In this document: positions 48,303 to 55,523 of the stretch, piece after piece | Numbering within the stretch: position 1 is the stretch's first letter | How the letters are laid out: every line of letters begins with the position of its first letter | Virus record (IMG/VR): IMGVR_UViG_3300042556_001828 | Coordinates: 9,373 to 73,372 of that record | Length of the DNA stretch: 64,000 nucleotides | DNA from: a virus | Direction: 5' to 3' (one strand) | Position numbers and translations under genes: made by a program | The notes under the pieces: generated by a model | What the model saw: the letters and a program-made list of their open reading frames with translations, nothing else | What the model was told of the DNA's origin: nothing | Databases searched by the model: none

Positions 48303-49709
48303 TTAGCGAATACCCAACTGCTTTTGCGCGTTAATTACAGCTGATTCTTGTCCAAGCTGTTGCTGCAGCCGACCTTCAGCAGCAGTTGGGGCTGGCGCTG
48401 GCGTATTGGGCTCCAAACCCTGCGGGCTATTACCCTGTACTCGCGCGGCCTCTAACGATCCGGGTGTTTCACCACGCGCAAAAGCTTCCCGTAGCCGTGT
48501 ATTCTCGCGATAACCCGGAGAATTTGTTGCGCCGCGTTGAATACCAGCGTGGCCACTATGAATGCGACCGCCAAGCCCGGCATCTACCATATTGGCATCG
48601 GGATCGCTGTAGTCTTCACCCAAAAATTTTAAGTGCGCGCCCGGAACTGCTTTTGCGCGCTCAAGCTCTTTTGCGTAACTTGTTTCTGGTTTTTGTTTGC
48701 CCTTGTACATGCTCTTCAGCCAGTCCTGCGCCTGCCCCATCGTGCCCGGCCGGAAGTGCTCCAGCGCGCCACCAGCCAGACCACCAGCGGCCCCACCCCC
48801 CAAAGCGCCACGCAGCGCGGCCCCAAACCGCCCACGTCGCTGCCGACCCACCACGTTACCCTCGTCATCATAGATATCTTCATGGCCCGGCGCGATAAGC
48901 CCGTGCAGGCCACCCAGCGCAGCACCACCCAGAGCGCCAGCGCCAGCAGCCGGCATGACTTTCTGCAATCCAGCCGGAATGTTCTTGGCAAAATCGCCGA
49001 TATTAAACGCAGCAACCTTGGCGCCAAAGTTACGCAGACTGGCAGACTTAGCTTCTTCTTTCTTTTCTTCCTTCTTGGGCGGAAGCGGTGTTTTCTTACC
49101 AGTGAAAGATAAGCTACCGGGCGTGCCAGTGCGGAAAGAAAGCCGGCTATCGGTCGGTTGGCGCGCAGCTACCTTGGTATCGTCTTCAGCGGGCTTTTTC
49201 TTCTTACCCATCAAGCCCTTGGCCAGCGCAGCGCCAGCAATACCGCCACCCAGTAAACCAGTGTTCGCCCGCTCAGCCGCCAACTCCTCTGGCCGATCCA
49301 TAATCATTCTGTTCACGTCGTCGCGCAGAAACCGCGCGTCCGGCGACGGGCCGGTTAACGTGTTTGCACCCGTCAGCTGATCAATCTTGTCGCTGAAATA
49401 CTCGCGGCGCCGTTCGGCTTCGCCTACTTCACCAGCATCGCGCGAGCCCATTAACCCGTAACCAGCGCCCGCACCAGCGCCAATCAGGCCGCCGACTCCA
49501 GCGCCGTGCAGGGCACCACTCAGTCGCTTACCTTTGCCGCCCATGATCGCGCCGCCCAGACCACCCGCCGCAGCGCCAATGCCACCGCCCGCTAAACCGT
49601 GCGCGAGCATAGCGTTGAGAGCGCTATTAGATTGCTTTTCAAACGCACACATGGCCGCCTGATACAGCTGTCCGGCGCCAGAACCATTGTTGTTATTTAC
49701 GTAACGCAT
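48303..49709 (-). CDS. Gly-zipper K-x-A polyprotein-like virion protein
   Basis: Several Gly-zipper helices; EKQS, TKVA, AKSA, AKVA. Confidence 0.7.
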   Translation of the reverse strand: MRYVNNNNGSGAGQLYQAAMCAFEKQSNSALNAMLAHGLAGGGIGAAAGGLGGAIMGGKGKRLSGALHGAGVGGLIGAGAGAGYGLMGSRDAGEVGEAERRREYFSDKIDQLTGANTLTGPSPDARFLRDDVNRMIMDRPEELAAERANTGLLGGGIAGAALAKGLMGKKKKPAEDDTKVAARQPTDSRLSFRTGTPGSLSFTGKKTPLPPKKEEKKEEAKSASLRNFGAKVAAFNIGDFAKNIPAGLQKVMPAAGAGALGGAALGGLHGLIAPGHEDIYDDEGNVVGRQRRGRFGAALRGALGGGAAGGLAGGALEHFRPGTMGQAQDWLKSMYKGKQKPETSYAKELERAKAVPGAHLKFLGEDYSDPDANMVDAGLGGRIHSGHAGIQRGATNSPGYRENTRLREAFARGETPGSLEAARVQGNSPQGLEPNTPAPAPTAAEGRLQQQLGQESAVINAQKQLGIR

Positions 49710-49761
49710 GCGTGTACTCTCCAGAAATAAATACGAGGTGGTTTGTGGCTCTAGTATAACA

Positions 49762-51693
49762 CTAATTCTTTCGGGCTACAGCTAACTCTGCCGCTTTACT
49801 TACAAATTCTTCTGCGCTAGCGAACTTATGGTCGTCAGAAAGCAATGGATAAGCATGGGCCAGAGTCTTGGGCTTAAGTAACCCATACTCTTTCATGAGC
49901 TTGGCGGTGTTTAAGATATTTTTACGCTTGTTAGCTGCGTGCATATAAGCGGCAGCTACGCCAGCACCCGTCCCAGCTAGGCCCACACCAGCGCCGTCCA
50001 TGCCGCCCAGATACCCCAAGCCGGCCGTGCCCAGTAAACCAAGGGCACCAGCACCAGCAGCGTACATCTTGGGATCCGGCGCCATATCGCTGAGGTTATA
50101 TTTGTCTTGGCCCTGTGAATTTCTCACGATGTGGCGCAGGGATGACTGAAAGCCATCGCGATTCAGGCCCCGAGCGCGCAATGTGTTGTCATCGGGCCGG
50201 ACAAGGGCTTTGAGCTGGCCATATTGCTGCACAGCGTGTTGAATCTGGTCAGGGCCTGCAAAACTGGAATAGTTATCTAAACCCAAGGGGCGGGCAGCTT
50301 TGTATAGCTGGCTGGCGGCGCCGTATTTTTGCTGCATCGCTTTAATCGCGGCTGGGCTTAGTTGCGCGCCAATTTGAAACGCGTCGGCTTTTTCGCCTTT
50401 TTCGTTTACAAAATCAGCTACTTGCCTCGCATGCAAACCGTCATCAAATTCTTCTTCTCGTTCATTTTGTCGATAAATTTTTGTGCCGTCAGGCAGCGTG
50501 GCGTAATGCATGCGATCTTTTGGATATTGTCGGCCCTTACGCGAATTTGGTCCGCCGCCAAACATATAAGCTGCGCCAAGCCCGCCAGCAGTAAGTAAAC
50601 CGCCACCCGCAATTGCCGCGCCGAGCGTTGGATCAAATGCTGTTTTGGCCAGCATCAGCGCCGAGCACTTGCAGTTCCACTTGCGCAGGGACTTGTTAAT
50701 ACGCGAGTCTGGGTCTTTGGCTGTCGCGGCGCCAGTATTTACGCTCTTCATGCCGCACATACGCGAGCAGAAAGAGTTCTGTCGCTTAGCCCGGTCGCCG
50801 CTGGGATTAGACTCAGTGACAGGCGCTTTGAGATTCCCGCCGTGTTCGCGCTCGTAGCTCTTGCGGCCCTTCTCGTTCAGGCCGCCTTCGTCGTTCTTAC
50901 CAGCACTGCGTTGCCATGCGGGAGAACTGGCAGCCGTTTTGGAACTATCTGGTGAGTTCTTTGTGCCAAACGCCGCATTGCCGTTGATGTTGCCAGACGC
51001 AGACAAAGCACCAAACGAGTTGATCGGGTTGGCAGAAGGCGAGTTCATGCCTGCGCCCTGTGCTTGTGCCGGCTGGGCAGCTTGGGGCTGTTGCGGCTGC
51101 GCTGGTTGGGCCGGCTGCTGCATACCCATCGGCATAGGGGTGGTATTAACGGGCATGGCGTATCGCTTGATTCCGACGTTTTGCGGCATTTTTGCGGCCA
51201 TTCGGGCCTGCTGCTCAGCTTTTTCGTTCTCAATCGCCTGCATAATCGGCTGCGAAAGAACGACGGCAAGCTTCTTCAAAAGTGAATTAACATCACTGTT
51301 AACAGTTTCACCCGCCAATTCCTCGCTACTCTGGTTGACTTCGTCCTCATTCCGCGTCTGGATCGGCGAAGCCTTATCTTCCCCCGCGTTCTCTGCCGTA
51401 ACGTGTTCATCGCCGGCAGCTACGGGCTTGTCTGAGTGCGGAATATCTACCTTGAGCAGCCCAGAGTTCGCTTTTTTAACACATTCGTTGTAAATCGTTA
51501 GCCCAATAGTGTTTACGGCAAAAGCCTTGTTAATGTTATCCATAGCTGCGGCCTTTTCCTTGTCATCGGGTTTCTTTTTATGCGCATACAGGGGCAAGTC
51601 TTTCTGCCCCGGGTATTCTTTTGCCCAACGTTTCGCGATATCTGGATGCTGCGACCAGAGGAAACGCCGCTGCTTCTCGGACTTAAATGGCAT
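49762..51693 (-). CDS. K-x-A-punctuated multidomain virion protein
   Basis: MPFKSEKQRRFLW...AKRW minidomain; SPAWQR...GGLNEKGR...SFCSRM...SRINKSLRKWNC domain (DUF6321-like from memory); TM segments; EKAA, SKTA, AKTA, HKFA. Confidence 0.7.
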   Translation of the reverse strand: MPFKSEKQRRFLWSQHPDIAKRWAKEYPGQKDLPLYAHKKKPDDKEKAAAMDNINKAFAVNTIGLTIYNECVKKANSGLLKVDIPHSDKPVAAGDEHVTAENAGEDKASPIQTRNEDEVNQSSEELAGETVNSDVNSLLKKLAVVLSQPIMQAIENEKAEQQARMAAKMPQNVGIKRYAMPVNTTPMPMGMQQPAQPAQPQQPQAAQPAQAQGAGMNSPSANPINSFGALSASGNINGNAAFGTKNSPDSSKTAASSPAWQRSAGKNDEGGLNEKGRKSYEREHGGNLKAPVTESNPSGDRAKRQNSFCSRMCGMKSVNTGAATAKDPDSRINKSLRKWNCKCSALMLAKTAFDPTLGAAIAGGGLLTAGGLGAAYMFGGGPNSRKGRQYPKDRMHYATLPDGTKIYRQNEREEEFDDGLHARQVADFVNEKGEKADAFQIGAQLSPAAIKAMQQKYGAASQLYKAARPLGLDNYSSFAGPDQIQHAVQQYGQLKALVRPDDNTLRARGLNRDGFQSSLRHIVRNSQGQDKYNLSDMAPDPKMYAAGAGALGLLGTAGLGYLGGMDGAGVGLAGTGAGVAAAYMHAANKRKNILNTAKLMKEYGLLKPKTLAHAYPLLSDDHKFASAEEFVSKAAELAVARKN

Positions 51694-51757
51694 AGCTCTG
51701 ATATTAGCTCCCAAGCTGGATAGAAGTATTTTGGCACAAGGGGTGGGAAATGCAAAG

Positions 51758-51803
51758 CGCTGATAGCTAAAAAAAAGCGCAGAGGCCCTTGTGGGCGTGC
51801 GCT
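51758..51803 (-). terminator. Intrinsic terminator with conserved AGCTATCAGCG tail (copy 1)
   Basis: Minus strand: GCGCACGCCCACAAGGGCCTCTGCGC-T8-AGCTATCAGCG. Confidence 0.75.
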
Positions 51804-51812
51804 GTTTATTAC

Positions 51813-52250
51813 TTACAGTCCGATCAAGAAGCCCTGCGCGAACGAGATGGCAGGATCGTGCGAGATCTGGTCGGCGTCTGTTAAGACAGCGACCTGAAGC
51901 TGCACCCCAAATTGCTTCAGGAAGCTTTTGCTGAAAGACGAACCCGGTGTGTACGCAGGCGTCGCATTCGCAAGGGCTTCAGCAAGCAACCCAGCGCTAT
52001 AGGCCAAGACCATCCGCTGCCGTGCTTGCTTGGTATAGTCAATCACGGGCGCTTCAGCCGGCACAGTCACTTCCACAGGCGCAGCAGGAGCAGGAGTCTC
52101 GATCTCCAGCTTCTCGTAGTCTGGCGGCACTACAAGCTCAACAGCAGCCTGCGCAGCATTCTCGGCAATCAGACTTCGGCACACCGTCAGGCCGTAGAAG
52201 ACCGCGCCGACAACAACACCAACAATGAACATCTTTACGAAATCACGCAT
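51813..52250 (-). CDS. Membrane-anchored hypothetical protein (own transcription unit)
   Basis: 145 aa; N-terminal TM; GGAG RBS. Confidence 0.75.
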   Translation of the reverse strand: MRDFVKMFIVGVVVGAVFYGLTVCRSLIAENAAQAAVELVVPPDYEKLEIETPAPAAPVEVTVPAEAPVIDYTKQARQRMVLAYSAGLLAEALANATPAYTPGSSFSKSFLKQFGVQLQVAVLTDADQISHDPAISFAQGFLIGL

Positions 52251-52302
52251 GGCATAGATCTCCGCACCTGTGGGTTAGCTCAGCGGTTACGCAACAACTG
52301 AA

Positions 52303-52350
52303 AGCTATAGGTGGTTCACTATATATGCCCGGATTTCGACTTTTATTTAG
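52303..52350 (-). promoter_or_regulatory. Putative phage promoter CTAAATA-N14-GGCATAT-N12-CTATAGCT (copy 1)
   Basis: Same boxes and the same 14-nt spacer as 53064-53110. Confidence 0.6.
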
Positions 52351-52518
52351 ATATCAAGTCCCCCACGCATCAGTCGCGTCGTCTTCTTCAATCTCGCCGA
52401 ACATGTGCATGAATACATCCTCTATGTCCATGACGCACCTCCCGGGATATTGATATCTAAGCCCACGACTATTTTACTTGAACAGGGTGCCGGAGCTGCC
52501 AGACCAACAACGGTTTGC

Positions 52519-52599
52519 CGTAACTAGTTGTGGCTGTTGGGTTTACGTCACACGGCTAATAGTTGCGTGCCGTAAGTCCATTATTCACAACACTTTACG
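52519..52599. promoter_or_regulatory. Two 29-bp imperfect palindromes CGTAA-N19-TTACG, 52 bp apart
   Basis: 52519-52547 and 52571-52599, both preceded by tgc. Confidence 0.5.
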
Positions 52600-52608
52600 A
52601 CGATTGGC

Positions 52609-52656
52609 CGCTGATAGCTAAAAAAAAGCACAGAGGCCCGTGAGGGCATGTGCTTT
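52609..52656 (-). terminator. Intrinsic terminator with conserved AGCTATCAGCG tail (copy 2)
   Basis: Minus strand: GCACATGCCCTCACGGGCCTCTGTGC-T8-AGCTATCAGCG. Confidence 0.75.
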
Positions 52657-53075
52657 GGTGTCCCATGTTCTACGGTGGCGGACAGACACCTTTAGATGCG
52701 GGCTTTCGAGACGCCACGCCGCATCTGCCAGACTTTCACTGGCTCCCATTTGTGTCGGTGGGTTACCCAAATGCGCAGCGGTTTGATTTTACCGGCCTGC
52801 GTGCGCGCAACAGCCGGGGTTACGGGACAAGTTTTACGCCATTACCGATTGGGCGAAAGGCTGCCGATTAACGCACGGCAGCACCACGTCCAAGAGTTTC
52901 ACTGGACCCCATTTAATCGGTGGGTTTCCATCAAGGCTTTTTTTATACCCGCCTGAGCTTGTCCGACTGTTCCAGTGGTCGGGCACCTTATCCCCGTAGT
53001 TAACCGTACGGGTCGGTGTGTCAGCACAGGCAACACTTTTGGAAAAGCGCTGGCTGTGCTGACAGCTATAGTTCT
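52620..53075 (-). ncRNA. Candidate ~450-nt structured ncRNA
   Basis: No credible ORF; bounded by promoter copy 2 and terminator copy 2; long 5' hairpin 53019-53064; duplicated ACCCACCGA...AATGGG..CCAGTGAAA module. Confidence 0.6.
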
Positions 53076-53110
53076 ACACCTAATATGCCGGCTTTTTGCC
53101 CGGTATTTAG
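53064..53110 (-). promoter_or_regulatory. Putative phage promoter CTAAATA-N14-GGCATAT-N11-CTATAGCT (copy 2)
   Basis: Matches 52303-52350. Confidence 0.6.
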
Positions 53111-53125
53111 GTGTGTTAGGCCTGC

Positions 53126-53473
53126 TCATGCTTTGAGCCCGCCATGTTTCTCAATCACGGCTTCGACCACTTCGACGGGCACGTAGGCGTAGACCGTCTC
53201 TGTGGGGTCGTCGGAGTTCTCAGCGTACGCCAGCAGCTCCTCCACGCGCTGAGACGGGTAACCGATCTCGACCTCCGTCCACGGCCCAATACTGTCGCGA
53301 GGAGCGCAGTAGTGGGTCTGGCTGGCCTGCACAGACAGCGACAAGCCATCCGCGCAGGTGATAGGCGCCACCTGCCGGAAGCCCCGCGCCTGCATGTAGG
53401 GAGTATTAAACTCGCCCTTCAGGTTCGCGGAATCGAGCAGGTAGGCATTCAGATCAAATTTAACAGCGGTCAT
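53126..53473 (-). CDS. Hypothetical phage protein
   Basis: 115 aa; CADGLSLSVQASQTHYC...VEIGYPS...YAYVP...IEKHGG, a recurrent phage family; AAGGA RBS. Confidence 0.8.
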   Translation of the reverse strand: MTAVKFDLNAYLLDSANLKGEFNTPYMQARGFRQVAPITCADGLSLSVQASQTHYCAPRDSIGPWTEVEIGYPSQRVEELLAYAENSDDPTETVYAYVPVEVVEAVIEKHGGLKA

Positions 53474-53487
53474 ACTTGTCCTTTCAA

Positions 53488-53811
53488 TTAAATTGCGTCA
53501 TTCTTAAACGTCCGCTCGTGATCGGCGGCCGCAAGCAGCGGAAACCGCGCAATCACCCCACGAATCGTCTTGATCCTATTGGGCCGCTCCGTCTCCGAAG
53601 AGAAAAAACGCACCTTGTCATCCACCAGATCCCACATCATCTTCGCCAGCTCCGCGCGCCTGAACACACTCAGCCGCCGAATAGCGACCGTGTAGTACAC
53701 AGCGTCCTCTTCCGCTTCCTTGTCCGGCAGCGTCTCATTCTCGGGCCAGAACTGCGCCATAGAGAACGCAAGCCGGCTGAGATACTCCTGCATGAACTCT
53801 TCCCTATCCAT
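53488..53811 (-). CDS. Hypothetical protein
   Basis: Start MDREEF with a GAGGAG RBS. Confidence 0.65.
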   Translation of the reverse strand: MDREEFMQEYLSRLAFSMAQFWPENETLPDKEAEEDAVYYTVAIRRLSVFRRAELAKMMWDLVDDKVRFFSSETERPNRIKTIRGVIARFPLLAAADHERTFKNDAI

Positions 53812-53851
53812 TTGCTCCTCTTTCTGTTTGAGCTGATTATCCATTTTGATA

Positions 53852-54454
53852 TTAATCCCAAAGGGCTTGGAAATACTTACCAAAGAGTACAAAACCACGA
53901 GTCTTACGCTCCTGCCACGTGACATGACCAGCTTTGTCATACCCGCCGGCAAAGAATCCATCATCAGCGTCTGGGTCCATCTGCTCGAACGCCCAGATCA
54001 TCTCATTTATGACCCAGTCCCACCGCGGCGCCCCGTTGTCGTCGGGGCAGGCGGTGTTGATCTGCTCTTGGGTCAACGCCGGCGCTGACGTGCTGCGCAG
54101 ATGCTCAGGCACGTCTTCGTCATCCACCATTGGATACCCATGCTTCTTCTCTTTGAGGAGCTTGAGCATGGGCAGGATGATATGCGAAAGCGTGTCATCC
54201 ATGCTCCACACGTCGTAGTCATGGATCTTGACCTGAATCTTGCGCTCGACCCGGTTATCTATCCAGTTCTCGATATCCATGAGTTTGTCGTAGATCCAGC
54301 TGTCCTTGATCTTTTCGACAAGTGCGTCGTAAGCGTCTACGTCAAACGTATCCGCGGCGACACCGCGGCCAAAGCCGCGTGCCCACAAGATCAGGTCCTT
54401 GTACCACGTTCCCGGGCGGAACCAGTGGCTATAGGGCCCAATGTAAACTTTCAT
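53852..54454 (-). CDS. Hypothetical phage protein
   Basis: 200 aa; MKVYIGPY...DVWSMDDTL...LFGKYFQALWD, a common large-phage family. Confidence 0.8.
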   Translation of the reverse strand: MKVYIGPYSHWFRPGTWYKDLILWARGFGRGVAADTFDVDAYDALVEKIKDSWIYDKLMDIENWIDNRVERKIQVKIHDYDVWSMDDTLSHIILPMLKLLKEKKHGYPMVDDEDVPEHLRSTSAPALTQEQINTACPDDNGAPRWDWVINEMIWAFEQMDPDADDGFFAGGYDKAGHVTWQERKTRGFVLFGKYFQALWD

Positions 54455-54696
54455 GCTGTAACCTCTTTTTTGGCGTCGAAGACTTCAAACGCATCCTTGT
54501 AAGGCATGAGCGCCAGCCCACGCCCGTTGTCCCACTTCACGCTGATTTGATGCCACTCGCGCGGGCCATCAAAGTTAACAGCATAAATCGTTCCCTCTAA
54601 CCCGGCCGGCATGCCCGCTTCCACAGGCATCCAGTTAGAGTTCTCGTTAACCATGGGCGCCAGCAAGCGCACCCGTTTGCCTACTGCTGGTGTCAT
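54451..54696 (-). CDS. Small SH3-like protein (DUF4314-like)
   Basis: GKRVRL...GLEGTI...QISVKWDNGRGLAL. Confidence 0.7.
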   Translation of the reverse strand: MTPAVGKRVRLLAPMVNENSNWMPVEAGMPAGLEGTIYAVNFDGPREWHQISVKWDNGRGLALMPYKDAFEVFDAKKEVTA

Positions 54697-55040
54697 AGGC
54701 CAAACTCCTTTTTATAGCGCTGGTGTACTTTCTCTTTGAGGTCATACGCCTCGTCTTCAGTAGCCTCGCAGAGCACAGCCAAGTTGTGCCCGTCGACAGC
54801 CGCTCGAAAGCTGTTGTCGTGATACAAGTACCCGTCCATGAACACTTTGTCAGGCTGCCCATGCGCGGTGACCTTGAACTTCCAGTCGCCGCCATGACAT
54901 AGCCACTCCCAGACTTCTTGCAGTGACAGGTTCTCTGAGCACTCGATAGTTGTGAACGTATCGCCGTGACAATAGATGTCGATGATATGAATATCAAACC
55001 GGGTGATTTTCTCGCACGGGTCTTGGAACAAAAGCTGCAT
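54693..55040 (-). CDS. Hypothetical protein
   Basis: 115 aa, coupled to the next gene. Confidence 0.7.
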   Translation of the reverse strand: MQLLFQDPCEKITRFDIHIIDIYCHGDTFTTIECSENLSLQEVWEWLCHGGDWKFKVTAHGQPDKVFMDGYLYHDNSFRAAVDGHNLAVLCEATEDEAYDLKEKVHQRYKKEFGL

Positions 55041-55247
55041 GAGTACCCCTTAAAAAGAAAAAGTCCCGTTGCAATTTAACCCGGCGCACACGGGACCACA
55101 TGCACGGGCGAGGGCTGTGTTTCACAATCTCGTGCGCTGGCGACAACCCCTGACCAGCGCGCAATATCCAAACTTCTGCACATCATCAACGCACCGGCTG
55201 AGCCAGACCGCGTTGGGTATGCACTGGCGTTAGACGACCAGATGGTA

Positions 55248-55520
55248 GCCTGCCGTACCTAGCGCATCCTTACCCTGACTGGCCTAACCATGCCTGCCAT
55301 GCCGTGTCCTGCCGCCCGTTCCCAGCCTAGCCGGGCCATGACCACTCCGTGCCTGCCGTGCCTAACCGAACCACGTCATGCCGCGCCCTGCCTCACCACG
55401 ACCATGCCTGCCGTGCCCCACCCTGCCCCGCCGGAGCTGGCCAAGCCTAACCCCGCCGTGCCTGCCACACCATTCCCAGCCCTGCCGAGACTAGCCCTGC
55501 CGAACCAAGCCTGCCGTGTC
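55248..55520 (-). repeat. Non-coding GGY-NN pentamer array; five units delimited by GGCAGGC (candidate guide-RNA array, VIPR-like)
   Basis: The minus strand parses as GGCA GGC TT GGT TC GGC AG GGC TA GTC TC GGC AG GGC TG GGA AT GGT GT GGCA GGC AC GGC GG GGT TA... Plus-strand gcctgcc occurs at 55248, 55292, 55351, 55406, 55460 and 55509, giving units of 44, 59, 55, 54 and 49 nt. Confidence 0.85.
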
Positions 55521-55523
55521 TCA

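Noticed and set aside
1110-49765. Phage-specific late promoter from TATACT-like hexamers (about 1120, 4347, 49755)
   Set aside because: They are consistent with ordinary sigma70 -10 or extended -10 boxes, too degenerate to call by eye, and not distinctive.
52727-52926. Cobalamin riboswitch or RNase P from CCAGTGAAA motifs
   Set aside because: No B12 box, no RNase P P4 consensus and no downstream regulated gene. Only the T-loop-like hairpin is shared.
52899-53129. 76-aa minus-strand ORF
   Set aside because: It spans the promoter-like motif and a long hairpin, has an unnatural composition, and is better explained as ncRNA. Not fully excluded.
55248-55520. Canonical CRISPR array
   Set aside because: There are no 25-40-nt identical repeats with unique spacers. 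Conservation is 3 of every 5 nt, and no cas1/cas2 is present.
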